From: Octopus vulgaris | Lineage: Eukaryota | Direction: 5' to 3' | DNA length: 64,000 nt | NCBI GenBank assembly: GCA_951406725.2 | Contig: OX597820.1 | Location: 79,236,001 to 79,300,000, forward strand | Part shown: positions 13,046-27,330 of the stretch, one piece after another | Layout of the letters: the number at the start of each line of letters is the position of its first letter | Position numbering within the stretch: the first letter of the stretch is position 1 | The notes under the pieces: generated by a model | Databases searched by the model: none | What the model saw: only the letters and a program-made list of their open reading frames with translations | Told to the model about the DNA's origin: nothing | Position numbers and translations under genes: made by a program

Positions 13046-13552
13046 CTCAGTATATATACATATATATATATACATATATATATCATAAATACATTTGTAT
13101 GCATGTATTTATTTACGTATATATGTATGTATGTATGTATATATGTATATATGATACATGTCTTCATATAACAGTGACACTTGTGAATGTATTTCACTGA
13201 AAAAATTATATTTTTTCCTCACATCTAAGCAGCAGATGTTTATATTTCTTCTCAAGTCATAAATAACTAACAACTTGCTTTTAACAGACATCTTTGCTCA
13301 ACTTCATAAGAAATCATTTTTCAATATTTTTTTGTATATCTTTTGTCTTCTAAATACCATAGTTGGATATAATTCTCGATCAGGCAAATATTCTGTAGTT
13401 TTTTTAAAATAATTCTCCAAGTTTTTTTTTTCATTTTTCTTTTAAACCAAGCTTACAAAGTCAATTGCATAAAAACTAACACAAACTTTTGAAAGCATGG
13501 TAAATTGTGTTAGAAAGAAGCCTAAGATGAAAATATTGCCAGCAAATTAAAT

Positions 13553-13960
13553 ACAGGGAGACATCCTAGTTCCTTTTCTCTTTGTGATTGTAATGGTCTA
13601 CATCCTTAGACAAAGTCTTCACTCCTATCTAAAACAAAGACCTCATCATCAAGCAGAAATGATCAAGACGTTAGCAGAGCATGTATTTCTCTGACCTTGC
13701 CTATGATAATGGTGGTCACCCAAACAGCTCATCCACCATGTGATGCACAAAACTTGTTAATATCCCTTAAGAATACTCAAGTCAAAGATGGTCTGTTTCT
13801 CAATACAAAGAGGACTGAATACATGACCATCAATGAAAAAAAAAAGCCAATTTGCTCCAATGATTGCACACAACTCAAGGTCAGAGATTTCAAGTACCTT
13901 GGGTCCTACATTACTGGCAGTAAGAAAAAGTTCCTGATACATAAGGGATTGCCTGTAACA
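13553..13960 (+). mobile_element. Highly decayed non-LTR reverse transcriptase fragment
   Basis: Motifs QGDILVPFLFV at ~13553 and DFKYLGSYI at ~13890, with frameshifts. Confidence 0.65.
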
Positions 13961-15141
13961 AACTTTAAAACATCTAACAATTAAGTATTTCCAAGTCAAA
14001 TATCTTCAGAACAAGTGTAAAAGGAGTCCTTCTTGAAAAATGAAGGAGCTTCAAGATTGCTTTGATATAAAGCAGGTTTCTCATGAGGGCCACATCTCAT
14101 GGTATGAGCACAAAACCAAGGAAGAGATTTAGGGACACACTCCACCCATCTCTTTTATTTCTCAATGAAGGGTGGGTTTTGTTGACCACAGATATTTTGC
14201 TGAACAGCAAGCCATACTGGTTGTTATATTTTAGAGAAGGTTGCAATCTGGCTGAATCGTTAACACACTGGACAAAATGCTTAGCAGCATTTCATCCACC
14301 TCTATGTTCTGAGTTCAAATTCTGTCATGGTCAACTTTGCCTTTCATCCTTTTGGGGTTGCTGAAATAAGTACCAGTTGAGCAGTGGGGTTGATGTAATC
14401 AACACGCCCCCTCCACAAAATTTCAAGCCTTATGGTTTGAAACTTGGTGCAGCCCTTTGGTTCACCAGCTCCTGTCAAACCATCCAACACACACCAGCAT
14501 CTGTGATGCTTCATAGGAATATTAAATTAATGCCAGTAAAAGACTGGTGTTTTTCTTTTACTGACTTTTGAAAGAGGATAAGCAAAGTTGACCACACCAG
14601 CAGTTGACCACAGAACATAAAGGAGCACAACTACATTTACTTCAGCCCTTCACTCTTTATGAAGCACAGACCATTGGCAACTCTTCTCCACCATTCTTGA
14701 CTCTGTTGTGTTCCTCTCCCAGGTTTTGTTTAGTTTCACAATTGATGTTTCTGTAACTTTGCTTTTTTTTCTAGGTCTACAGAGAACTAGCTTCATTTTG
14801 ATGTATGATACATGTTCCTGTGTTGGTATTATACCTGTCCTAAACAAAATGGCATTACTTTTTGATACACCCTCGTAATAATAACAATAATCCTCGGATG
14901 GAATTTATAAAGAATGAATGCATTAAAATATTTATAAATTCCATCCAAGGATTATTGTTATTACTAACTGTGGTTTGGATTTTGACTGTTCTTTCTAGCA
15001 TGTAAGGTTTCCTGTTAGAAGTCACCTCTTTTATGTATAAATGTACATTAATTTTATTTGGAAAAATATGTTGTCTATTTGACTATTTTATGCATGCTAG
15101 GCCACTGGCAGAAAATTTCTCTTCCACCCTATATCCTATAT

Positions 15142-15191
<50 letters not shown>

Positions 15192-15194
<3 letters not shown>

Positions 15195-15426
15195 GGTGGT
15201 CCAAAATTTGGTTTGCAGTTATCACACAGGCACTTTAAATTTCTTTTAAAACATTTTATTGCATTTAAATTTCTATCTTACAAACTGAAAAGGGAGCTTA
15301 ACAGAATTAACTAAATTAGCATAGAATAATGGTTTCATATTTTTTTATAATTAAGATTTAAATGGTTAATATATGAATATGAAAGAGACAGTTGAATAAC
15401 TGTAAACCTACATTTGGGCCAACCTG
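15192..15426. mobile_element. Tc1/mariner-type MITE
   Basis: TIRs cagggtggtccaaa / tttgggccaacctg flanked by TA. Confidence 0.75.
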
Positions 15427-16329
15427 TATATATGTGTGTGTGTATATATATACCTGTGCATATAATGCTATATGTGGTATTCAGAGAATAGCAGATGTGG
15501 ATGTGTTGGGGAAGGACATCACATATCCCAGATATCCCAGCACTTAGGAGACATGCTTTTACATGCTGAATTGGGTCATGTGGTGGAGCAACATATTGGA
15601 AACTTGAGTTGCCCCACTGACCTCAACTTGATGATGATGATGATGATCGTGATGTGCATGCTTGAGTGTAGGAAGGCAGTTAGTGACTCACGTGTGCCAT
15701 TACTCAGAGTTTTATTAGCATGCCAGCATATGTTTAATCGATCAGATGTCAGTGATGAGAAGATGTAATTGATAAGACACGAGCCTTCATGACTAAGGAA
15801 TTATGAGTAATGACTAGGTGAGTCATTCGTTCACTGAAAACAAATATAAATTCTACATAATAACAGTGGTCTCTTCTCTTTCATTTGAGCCCACACACAT
15901 GCATGTGTGTAAGTGTGTATGTGTGTGGTTTGTTTTTATGTTCAGTTATAACAGAAACAATTCTACATTAATCTGATGGGTTGCTCTATACTTTTGTAGA
16001 ATACAAATTCATAATTCTTAAACAAGAATATTATTGACAGTGACTTTGAAGTTTTGGCCAGTTAAACCATTATTGGATTGCAATGCACTGAAGTTGGTCT
16101 TGACTCTATATAGGCTCTGTTGAGTTAAAATCTTCCTTGGGTATGTGGGTTTGAGTGGAGTGGTAATCAGGTTTTAATGTTGAGTATTAGGGAGAGGTGT
16201 TTTGGAGAAATTTTTACTGATTAAATTTGGAGTAATGTGTATTTAGTATATGTTCATTTGTTTATTTACTACATGTTTTTTTAATTATATAAACACCACA
16301 GATACCCAGAAAACATTTCATCACATGCC

Positions 16330-17303
16330 AGTAGGGAGAAACTAGATGTAGTTGATAGCTTCTGCTACCTAGGTGACCAAGGATGTAGTGGGGGTGGATG
16401 CTCAGAGACTGTTACCACTAGAATAAGAATAGCCTGGGCAAAGTTCAGAAAGCTTCTACCCCTACTAGTGATAAAGGGCCTCTCACTCAGAATGAAAGAT
16501 AGATTGTATGACACATGTGTGCGAACGACCATGCTTCACGACAGTGAAACATGGGCCATGACTGCTGAAGACATGCGTAGGCTCAAAAGAAATGAAGCTA
16601 GTATAATCCACTGGATGTGTAGTATCAGTGTGCATACACAACAGAGTGTAAGCGCCCTGAGAGAAATGTTGAACGTAAGAAGCATCAGATGTGGCATGCA
16701 AGAGAGATGTTTGCGTTGGTATGGTCATGTACTACGGATGGACGTGGAGAGCTGTGTGAAGATGTGCCACTCTCAAATAGTGAAAGGAATCCGGAGTAGA
16801 GGGAGACCCAGGAAGACATAGGATGAGGTGGTGAAGCATGACCTTTGAATGTTGGGCTTCACAGAGGCAATGACAAAAGACCAAGACATCTGGAGGTATG
16901 CAGTGACAGAGAAGACCTGGCAAATAAAGTGTGTTCACAGCTGTAACCTACACCAATGTTGCATAACCAGCCCACTCAAAAGTACCTTAGATTGTAGGGT
17001 GCCATGCCATGCCTGAGGAGACCTATTGAGTCAAGTACATCAAATCAAAATCAAATGGAAATTGTAGTTGTGAACCTGGTGCTAGTGGCACATAAAAAGC
17101 ACCATTCGATCGTGGTCGATGCCAGGCCCCTCTAGCCCCTTGTGCCAGTGACATGTAAAAAAAGCACCCACTACACTCTTGGAGTGGTTGGCATTAGGAA
17201 GGGCATCCAGCTGTAGAAACACTGCCAGATCAAACTGGAGCCCAGTCGACCGTCCAACCCATGCCAGTACAGAAAATGGATGTTAAATGATGATGATGAT
17301 GAT
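16330..17303 (+). mobile_element. 5'-truncated RTE-clade LINE (ORF C-terminus, 3' UTR, (GAT)n tail)
   Basis: FCYLGD...RIAWAKFRKLLPLL...SETWAM...LRWYGHVLRM...RGRPRKT with stops. The 3' UTR matches the abundant gtggttggcattaggaagggcatccagctgtagaaac...(gat)n repeat found across the window. Confidence 0.88.
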
Positions 17304-17341
<38 letters not shown>

Positions 17342-17618
17342 TATGCCAAATTTTCTGTTTGTTGTCTTCTTTTTAATCCTGAAAAAAAAATGACAGAAAC
17401 AAGTAAAAGAATAAAAGAATATGCACATACCTATGCATTCACATGCATTGATTTCATTTGCTGAAAACAGCAGCCAAGTCTCCTTCAAATTATTCCCCAC
17501 CATCATGAAAAAGGAAGGACACACTGGATAATGTGATCTTGATCCACTCTGCCAGAAATCAGAGCAGTCTTAGGATTAAACAACAGCAAAATGTATAATG
17601 ATATAAACAAGGACTCAC

Positions 17619-17718
17619 TTGTCGCTCCAGTCTTCATCCTTGAAACTTCGGATAATTCTTGAGTTTTCAGCATGTCCTTGAACGCATGCTTTATCAAATA
17701 TTGCCTCCATGCAGTAAG
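17619..17718 (-). CDS. DCDC1: DCDC1-like exon (100 nt, phase 1 to 2)
   Basis: cattgggtag|CTTACT...CGACAA|gtgagt; (T)YCMEAIFDKACVQGHAENSRIIRSFKDEDWSD(K). Confidence 0.82.
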
Positions 17719-18339
17719 CTACCCAATGAGAAAAAAATATATAGATTAAACCATCTGTGCAATGGTTTACTAAGTGTTGAGCATTAAAAAGCTGATCAGA
17801 AATGCTTATGAAGTCAGGAAAAGACAACGACAATTCGATGGCACAATATTATTTGCATAATTTTGTTAAGTACAAGAGACAATTAACAACCTGTTTTAGT
17901 CTATTTAAACCTCATTAGCTAAGGATAGACATCGCACTAAATATAAGGACTTATAAGAAAACCACTAAGTAAATATACATAGTTCTAAAATTTAAACACT
18001 AACAAAACAAAGGAACAAATAGAAAATTCACACATGAGATGGGATGTTAATTCCTCACCAGTTAATGTCCAAAATATCCTTACAATTTCATGCCTTTAAT
18101 AATATTGATCATTTTTTTGTGGCATAAGCAACATGAAGCTGATGGGAATAGCAAACAAATGTTAGGGACAGAGACAAAAACAAACATGACACAAATGTGA
18201 ATATACAAACAAAATAAACCTTTCAAGGCCGTGCCCGCCATCATGACCACAATCCAATGAGAGAAACAAGTAAAATAGATAAATAGACGAATAAATAAAG
18301 TAAAAAAAAAAAATGTAAATCTTCCTTCTGACACAACAT

Positions 18340-18570
18340 AAGTAGCTGCCATCAGTAGAATTATATGGCTAGATCCCATATAGCTGCTATCTGTAGAATT
18401 ATATGGATAGCTCTCATATAGTTACCATCAGAATTATACAGCCAGATCTCATATAACTGCCATCAGTAGAATTATACAGACAGATCTCATATAGTTGCCA
18501 TCAGAAAAATTATATGGCTTGAGCTCATATAGCTTCCATCAGTAGAATTATATGGCTAGATTTCATATAG
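18340..18570. repeat. Minisatellite, ~38-bp unit, ~6 copies
   Basis: Repeated variants of tagctgccatcagtagaattatatggctagatctcata. Confidence 0.88.
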
Positions 18571-20560
18571 AAAATAATCAAACAAATTCAAATCACAGGT
18601 CGTCTTCTTTATCTAATCTCATCCCCAAGTTGCTGAAATCAAATGAAATAACAAAATTCAAAATCCTAACTAAAACAAGCAACATCAAATCATACATCAA
18701 CAATGGATGATTATGGGGAAATCTAACTCTATTTTATTATTTTACTTTATTGCATTTATTTATTAAATTTTTCATTAAACTACATTTTTCATACAATCAG
18801 TGTTTTATTTCATCCATTTTTCTTTCTTTTTTCTATCTTTACTTTATATCTTTTCTAACAAGAATGTTCTGGAAGACAGCAAAACAGATTGTCTGATGTA
18901 ATTTCAGCTACCATCTGTATACAATTGTCAACCTTTTGCATTCAGTTCCTTTTATTTCTTCATTTGTTCAATAAAATACTACACGTTTAGAATTGAGACA
19001 GCATTATTGTAAACTTTAGATTGCCAGTACAATATTTTGCACAATCAGCTAAAATAAATAAATGTACGTTTGTGGATATATATATGTGTGTGTATGTATA
19101 TATGTAAGTAAGTATATATACTTGTTTTAACATGTTGAAGTTGATTGTAGAATTCAAGCCTGGTCACTAACAAGGTGACATGGATTTTATTTATTTCTTT
19201 TGTTTTATTTCATTTAGAGTCTAGACAATTCCAGAGATCTGTGAATATGTGAGTGAGTTAATGTAGGTATATATGTATATATTGATATACCTGCATTCAT
19301 GGAAAGTGTATGAATTAACAATACGTATATCTGCAAATATTCATGTATGTCTATCTATCTCTATATCTATTAACCTGCCTCTCTATCTACTCCTCTCTCT
19401 CTATCTCTATCTCTATTTATCTATCTGTCTATTTACCTATCTATCTTTCTCTCTACATATCTTTATCTTCTAAATTTTTATTGAATGCATTCAACACTTG
19501 TATTCATTTTACTAGGCAATATATGTAGCATAGGAGATTGGTTAATGCAGTGCAGGCACTTAAAGGTTCTGGGATCAATCCCAGACAAGGGACTAAGGTA
19601 ATTCTCAAACAAAAAATCATCTGAAGCAAAAATTGCCGTGTAAAGCATTAAAGCAGAATGAGAACAGTGTATCCCCATGGATCAAATAAAGGGTTAGATT
19701 TGAAATTCTGATACAACAGAATTCAACAGAAGACACCTGAAGAAGGTTGGAACATACAACAGCTGAAACAGAGTGAAAGCAACAATCAAGATGAGGAGGA
19801 CACCAGTCTGACTAATATAAACAGGATACAAAAGAACTTCTGTTTGATACACATCAACAGCTGTTGAATCACAGGGTTAAATGTACAAGTACAGACATGA
19901 CTAATTCCCAACCACTTGGCTTTGGGTTCAATCCCACTGTAGGGAGCAGCATCATAAAATGAGAGAGAGAGAAGACAATGAGAGAACACTATTATGTAAT
20001 GAATTAAAATTAGCTTTCTTTTGTTGAAATGTTTTGATAATAAAAGAAATTTTAAAATCACATTTTGATAAGAATATATTAAAAATTAGAATTTTTAACA
20101 ATTTTCTAGACAGTGTAGACTTCAGTAATTACTTTCTTTTAATAAAAGTAACATATTCCCAAATAATTAAAAACAACTTTTTTTTATAGTAAAGATTCTG
20201 GGTATGATGTAGTCTATGACATGTTTATAATCATCTTCACAAAACAATCCTAACTCTGCATAAATAACTGTGTTTACAAAACATTGTACATATTATATCA
20301 TGCTGTGTGTTGTGATATTTAACCAAGCTTTGCTTGTATATTATTGAATGCTTGTTTATAACAAAAGATGACTTGAGAATCACCATATTTGATGGCATAT
20401 AAGATGCACTTCACCTTTTAATAAAATTTCTCCAAGCATCCTAGGTTCTATATTCAAAACTGGGCCCTCCCACAAACTAATTTTGTCCCAGATATTCACT
20501 AGTGTAGGCTAATTTTAACCCAGAGTTTCCCTTCTACCTCACCCAACTGACACCATAATA

Positions 20561-20704
20561 ATCGTTTCTACTTTAGGTACAAGGCCTGAAATTTGAGGAG
20601 GAGGGGAGCAGTTGCTTAGATCGACCCCAGTATGCAACTGGTGCTTAATTTAATGACCCTGAAAGGATGAAAAGCAAAGTTGACCTCGGCAGAATTTGAA
20701 CTCA
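20561..20704 (-). mobile_element. Truncated SINE (third family, MetaSINE-like central motif) with 17-18 bp TSD
   Basis: Motif gtcaactttgc-tttcatcctttc-gggtc-taaattaag-accagt; caactgacaccataata repeated at 20544 and 20705. Other copies at approx. 2325-2540-, 14245-14430+, 20900-21100+, 24620-24820-, 36615-36830-, 37715-37925+, 43840-44045+, 58188-58410+, 59120-59325-, 59780-59990-. Confidence 0.78.
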
Positions 20705-21477
20705 CAACTGACACCATAATAACAATATCTCTACTTAAACATTATTAGTTTTCCTTGTATTGTAAAAGTATGTATCATAACAATGGATTGGTAATGCTGT
20801 TCACCAGTGCCAGCTGATGCATTACAATTAGATAGACTTAAAGAGACTCAAGCAATGCTCTTCATGGCACCAAAGAGGAATGCATTATTTGGAGACAGTA
20901 AGGCAGAATCATTAGCATGTTGGATGAAATGCTGAGCAGTATTTCACCCATCACTATGTTCTGAGTTCAAATTCCGCCAAGGTCGACTTTGCGTTTCATC
21001 TTTTCGGGGCCGATAAATTAAGTACCAGTTGTGTACTGGAGTCAATCTCATCAAATTTCAATACCCCCAAATTTCAGGCCTTGTGCCTCTAGTAGAAAGG
21101 ATTATTAGAAGACAGTGATATCAGTAGTAACACCAGCAATAGGAATGGTGAGTTTATAAGATTCAATGATGAAGACTTTTCTGGCTTTGAAAAGGATTAA
21201 AGATTTTTCGTTATTGAGATTTGGTTTATGTTCGTCTGTAACGGAAGTTTGCTTTTTATAAAATGTTATCATCTGCTTTTTGCTTTGTTTTTCTTATTTT
21301 GCATGTTTTATTACTGTTATCACATAAGATATTTTCACTATGAATATCACTTGCCTTATGTTCAACTCTACACCTAACTTACTATTAAGAAACAGTCATA
21401 TTTTCTTCTGTTGTTAAGGTATTTTTGCAACATTTTGTAATGTGTTGCTAGATTACTCTAAATATTACACACTTTCA

Positions 21478-21678
21478 CCCTTTAAGCATTCAGATTACTC
21501 TCTCTCTCTCTCTCTCTCAAGTGAAATTTTTATACATTCACATTGTTTTCAATTAGTTGTGAATTATCTCACAGCTTCAAGATTTTGATTACGTGATTGT
21601 TTATTTTGAGAATGACATTGTATGATCTGGCCGGTTTGAAGAGGGAGCAGGGATGTGGTTGGTTTAATTTCTAAAGGG
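21478..21678. mobile_element. piggyBac-like MITE
   Basis: Ends ccctttaag / ctaaaggg followed by TTAA; related copy begins ttaacccttt at ~27929. Confidence 0.55.
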
Positions 21679-24600
21679 TTAATGCACTAAAAAGTTTATT
21701 GAAATTGGGAGGGGTCTAATATGCCCAGATGTCTTTTATTGCCATCAAATACTGTAATAACCATGAGTTAAAATTGGTTTCACTTGGTTTACAAATTTGA
21801 TTTCTGATGATTCTATTTTTGGAGATAGTAATTAGTGCATTGGAGATAGTAATTAGTGCCAGGCCCATCTGACTGGCTCCTGTGCCGGTGGCATGTAAAA
21901 AGCACCCACTACACTCTCGGAATGGTTGGCATTAGAAAGAGCATCCAGCTGTAGAAACATTGATAGATCAGATTAGGCCTGGTGCGGCCTCTTGGCTTAC
22001 CAGTTCTCAGTCAAACTGTCCAACCCATGCCAGCATGGAAGACAGACATTGAATGACGATGATGATGATGATGATGATGAGGTATACAGAGATAAATGAA
22101 GGATGAGAGAGGTGATGAAAACGTTTCCAGAGAGAAGAAAAATGGAACAGAGACAAGAAGGGAAAGAGGATCGGTTTACATAAAAAAAAAGATAGAATGA
22201 AGAATCAATTGTGTAGCAAGTTTGGTTGGTTGGTTGGTTGGTTGGTGTTGACCAGAATGGGAATTGGAGATGAGAATAACAAAGTATTCAAAGTAAGAAA
22301 ACTCAGGATTGGTAGACTGTTGGAGAATTCAATAGGGGTGTTTGGAATCAACTTCTTTTCAACAACAACAATGATGTTGATGATGACGATGCTGCTGCTG
22401 CTGCTGATGATGATGATGATTGTCCTCGTTGTTGTTGCCATCATCATCTTCATCATCATTTAATGTCCATCTTCCATGGTGCCATAGGTTTGAAGATTTG
22501 ACAGGAAATGGTAAACCAGAGAACTGCACCAAGTTCCACTGTCTGCTTTAGCATGGTTGATGCTGATAATGGTGGTGGCACTACGGCTGATGGTGGTGGT
22601 GGTGGTGCTGATGATGATGATGATGGTAGTTTTGATGATGTTGGTGGTGATGATGGTAGTGACGACAGAAAAAAAAAACAGAAAAGAAAAGAAAAGGAAA
22701 GGAACGAAAGAGAGGATCATGGGAAAATATTACCTTACTTGGAAATAGGTGAGGGTTAGCAACAGGAAAAGTGTCGAGCTGTTGATAATCTGCCTCAGCA
22801 GAATCCATCTAACTCATGCAGGCATAGAAAAATGGACATTAAAACAATGATGGTGATACAGTTTCATAAGAAAGCAATCCTAAAAATAGATTCCACATTC
22901 ACTTCTATCCTGACTCGATTCCATGTCTTCTCTTAATTTCTTGTCATTCATTTCCAAAACCAAATCTAAGTTAAATTGTTCAGCTTTTATTCTATGACTT
23001 ATGTTTGACTTCTTGAAAAAACAATAAAAGCAAGAAATTCTCCTCTCTTTCTTTCCTTTTTTTGTAATTTGTAATTTCATTGCAAAAAGTAATTTTCTCT
23101 TTCTTTCTTGAAGAAACTTCACAGCAGGGAAATGGAAAAACCCATTAAGGCATACATCAAGTCGTCAGGTCACTGGAAACTCCATCTCTTTTCAATATCT
23201 TGTTTGTGGATTTTTTATATTATAATTTTCCTTGTCATCATATTCATCATTGTCATCATTACCATTATCATCATCACCATTGCAATTTTCATCATTATCA
23301 TTCTCGTTATTGTAGTCATCTTTTTTTTTTGATATCCTTTCCACCATGAGCCTGTGTCGTTGCCACTGCTGTCATCATTGTTACTGCTCTCATCATCATC
23401 ATCATTACTATCATTGCCATTGCAGTTTGCATCATCATCATCACTGTTGTCACTACCATCATCACCACCAACATCATCAAAACTACCATCATCATGATCA
23501 TCATCATCATCAGCAGCAGCAGTAGCACACCACCACCACCACCACCACAGAAGGCTGGAAATGAATAACCTTGTTTCTATGACGACCATAATGATGCTCA
23601 TTTGCAACAACCATGATATCAAGGACACACACACACACGTAATACACACATACATACATACATACATACATACATACATTACACACACAAGCACACAACT
23701 CAAATATCAGTAGGAAGAATTCAAACCACTTCAAAACAAGAGGTAAGGATAAATTGACCGGTTAATTCGTACATTACAAGTGCAATCTGTGAGTGGAACA
23801 GTAAAAATGTTAAAGACTTTTCTCAAGTTCCAAATGTGAATTTGCCTGTGTTAACTACATCCCAAAGATGGAGCCTTGTATCTTAGTTGGAAACCCACTT
23901 GGAAGATTAATAGTAATTAAAAAATAGAAGGAACATACATACATACATACATACACACATACACACACACATACATACATACATACATACATACACACAC
24001 ACATACATACATACATACATACATACATTCATACATACATACATACATACATAGACATACATTGTCTCATCTTTATCATCATTTTAACATCCACTTTTCC
24101 ATGCTTGAATGAGTTGGATGGAGTTTATTTGAGGCAGATTTTCTACAGCTGAGAATGCCCTTTCTTACACCAACCCCTTTACAGAGTGTACTGGGTGCTT
24201 TCTACATAGCACCAACACCTGTGCTTTAAACATGGCACCAGCACAGATGCTTTCAATGGGGCACCAGCACATAACACCTTTAATTGTCTCTGAATCCACC
24301 ATAAATTGCCTTTACTTATCCTTTTCTTTATTAATGTCATAAATTGTCAAAGAACCTATTGTATTTAGTCATGTTTAACTTGTAGTCAAGTGTAAGCTGG
24401 CTCCTTACTTTAGAGATGGTGCAAATTTTTATTTGTTCATAGTTTTAGCTTTGCCTAGTGTTGTATCCCAGCTTCTTTTTTTTCCAATTGAAATCAGGCA
24501 TAAAACTGTGCAATTTATACACAAGGAGCTATGTTATATACACACACACACGCAATTATTATTATTATTTTAATATCCACTTTTCGATATACTTGCATTA

Positions 24601-25393
24601 GTCAAACGGAATTTATTCATTTCTACTCTAGGCACAAGGCCCAAAATTTTTGGGGAGTTGGGGCCAGTCGATTAGATTAACTCCAGTACACAACTGGTAC
24701 TTAACTTATCGACCTTGAAAGGATGAAAGGAAAAGTTGACCTTGGCAGAATTTGCACTCAGAATATAAAGACAGACGAAATACCGCTAAGCATTTCGCCC
24801 AGTTTCTGCCAGCTCGCTGCCTTAGTCAAACAGAATTTATTGAAGCAGATTTTCTAGGGTTGGATGCCCTTCCTGTCACCTACCTTCACCTGTTACCAAG
24901 GAAGGTAATATTTCCCCATGGTCAGACATGTTTTTGTAAAATATTGGACACTGCTTCTATAACAGTGACACTCATTTACAACTATTATGTGATGTCAAGA
25001 CCATGTTTACTCATGTATAAGTTGTAACCCTAATGAAGTGTTAAATGTTGATCCAAAATTTTTTCCCTTCATAAGCTTGAGGATATCTTCTATGCTTCCT
25101 CCTTCCCTACCACCAGTTTCGGAGTCCCTGTGAAGGGTCATGGACACTACCTTTCCTCCTGGTTAAAAGATAATATGTGCATACAAACATTTATACATTC
25201 CAAAACCAGAGAGAAAGAAGACAAATATGGACAACTGCTTTGAAACCCCCAGCTTTTATACTCAGATTGTAAATTCACCTTTATACCAATGATAAATGTT
25301 TTGTTGGTTTTAGTCCAATGAGCTAATGATTCTGCCAGTTTGCTGCCTTGTAGACATACAAAATAATCATGATATTCATAATATTCTACTTAC

Positions 25394-25568
25394 TATAAGG
25401 ATCAATGTATGCTTCTCCAAACGACAACCAAATTTCTTGGTCATATTTCAAAGAGAGGACATCTTTAAGTTCTTCACCAGAACTTAAGAAAACTTTTTGA
25501 ACGTTTGGTGCAATCTTTGGTTTTTGAGTATTACTTAGTCGCTGACTGATTGACAAATCATCATAGAG
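25394..25568 (-). CDS. DCDC1: DCDC1-like exon (175 nt, phase 0 to 1), DCX-like domain C-terminal half
   Basis: tgtttatttcag|CTCTAT...CTTATA|gtaagt; LYDDLSISQRLSNTQKPKIAPNVQKVFLSSGEELKDVLSLKYDQEIWLSFGEAYIDPY. Confidence 0.92.
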
Positions 25569-27278
25569 CTGAAATAAACAAAAGAAAAAGGAGGAGAAAT
25601 ATAAATGTTGGAGAAGAATTGAAGAAAAATAGAAATTTGGTAGACGTGGAAAATTTGTCAGAGAAACATTTCTTATTTTGGGGTAGCAGACCTAATATAT
25701 CTCCTGGTTTAATATCACTATCCGGTCCTTGGGTGATTTTAAAAGAGTCCATTGGTTGCAAAGATTTGATTCAGTTCTCTGATTTGAAGACAATTTCTTC
25801 TTTTCTTCTTATCAGTCAAAGAAGCTCTGTAAAGGGTTCCAGATGACACCCTTTTCTCTCTGACTGAATCATTAGACAGAATCCGCCATACTGTTTTCCT
25901 AAGGATCCACCCTGCTCTCTCACTTGAATGGAGTTTCATCTCACAAGTTACATGGTGACATCACTAGTGCTGGTGGTAGGAAAAAAGCACTGAGAACACA
26001 CTGTAAAGTGGTCATTACGAAGACTGTTCAGCCATAGAAATCATCACTGTCGTCTGATTTGTCAGTTCCTTTCAAACCATCCAAGTGAAAATGTGCATTC
26101 TTGTATAATTGGATTTATATCTCCTATTCTATAAATTTTTTTAATATTCTACACATTATTTTTATTTTTCAATTACACATTTTGGAGGACGTCAGAGTTA
26201 AGAAGCACCTAGTTGGAGTTTCTCTGTTTTAATGAGGACTTTTCAGATTTTTTTTTTACAGTGGAGATGGTCTGGAGTATCTTTTTAACAAAAAACAATT
26301 TTTTTTCGATAAATGCTTTTCTTTGTCATCATCATTTAAAGTTCTATGCAGGGATGGGTTGGATGGTTTCAGGATCTGATGGGTCCAAGGACTGCATCCT
26401 GCTCCAGTGTCTGCTTTAGAATGGTTTCTATGGCCTGATGCCCTTCTGAATACAAACCACTTGACAGTGTGTACTGGGTGATTTTTGTGTACTATCGGCA
26501 CTAATGAAGCCACCATGAAGGTCACAAGACTATGAGCCCCTCAAGGGCTGGGGATGTATATGTTAAGAGATGAGGTTAAGGTATGTGAGAAGGGAAATGA
26601 GCAGAACAGGTTCTTGTAGAGGAACCACACAGTTACCCAGATTTTGAGGAGAGAGAGAGAATTAGAAACCATGAAGTGATAACTATAAATAGTGGTGATG
26701 AGGTGTCTATGAGTCAGAAGAAATTTTACCTGAGAATCAGTGTAAAGATATTGATAACATAAAAATAAAAGTTGGAATTATATTCTATGGTTAAATTACG
26801 TCACAGCAATTGGCAAGAATAAAGATCTGAAGAATACTCTATGAAACAAACTACAAACCATTCGAAATAATTTGAAATGATTTAAAGATGTTCAAAGAAA
26901 ATATGGAACCATTCACTACTGAAGATGTCCAACTAAGATCATTTATCTATGAGAAGACCTGATATTGATGTTCTCAAAGAATGTAAGAAAAATCTTAATA
27001 TTGATCTAGGATCAGTTGGAAGGATTTCCTCTTTGAGAGATCCTTCAAACATTCCCAGCAAATGCCTGCAAGAGATTGTTTCATAATCTATTTCTTTTTA
27101 TTCATCAAAAGACGGAAAGAATCAATAATTTTTTCTTTTTTTCTTCCAATTTCTTTGAAACTTTAACAGCTAATAATTTCCTTACGAACTTTCAGAATGA
27201 GTAAACATGACAGCAAAGAACACAAGAATTTGGTTATTAAAACAGATAAGCAATTAACTAAGCAGTATTATTACTGTA

Positions 27279-27330
<52 letters not shown>

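Larger units (their letters stand above)
20381..21756. mobile_element. Decayed pogo/Tigger-like DNA transposon with nested SINEs and a MITE
   Basis: Degenerate TIR pair caccatatttgatggcatataagatg (20381) / gatgtcttttattgccatcaaatactgta (ends 21756); internal NDEDFSGFE-like acidic tail near 21170. Confidence 0.5.

Noticed and set aside
14654-14839. 186-nt open, phase 2-2 candidate cassette exon (TGIIPTQEHVSYIKMK...) between exons 17619 and 11298
   Set aside because: The donor is weak (GA|gtgaag), the sequence begins just inside a mariner-like TIR (tacgagggtgtatcaaaaagt on minus), and the flanking exons already join collinearly with recalled DCDC1
18340-18570. CRISPR-like appearance of regularly spaced repeats (also 1244-1474 and 55955-56150)
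   Set aside because: Contiguous tandem units without unique spacers, no cas genes, eukaryotic context
22899-23011. Exon-like minus segment KSNISHRIKAEQFNLDLVLEMNDKK...
   Set aside because: The open frame needs a phase-0 acceptor but the upstream exon ends in phase 1; the compatible frame has a stop
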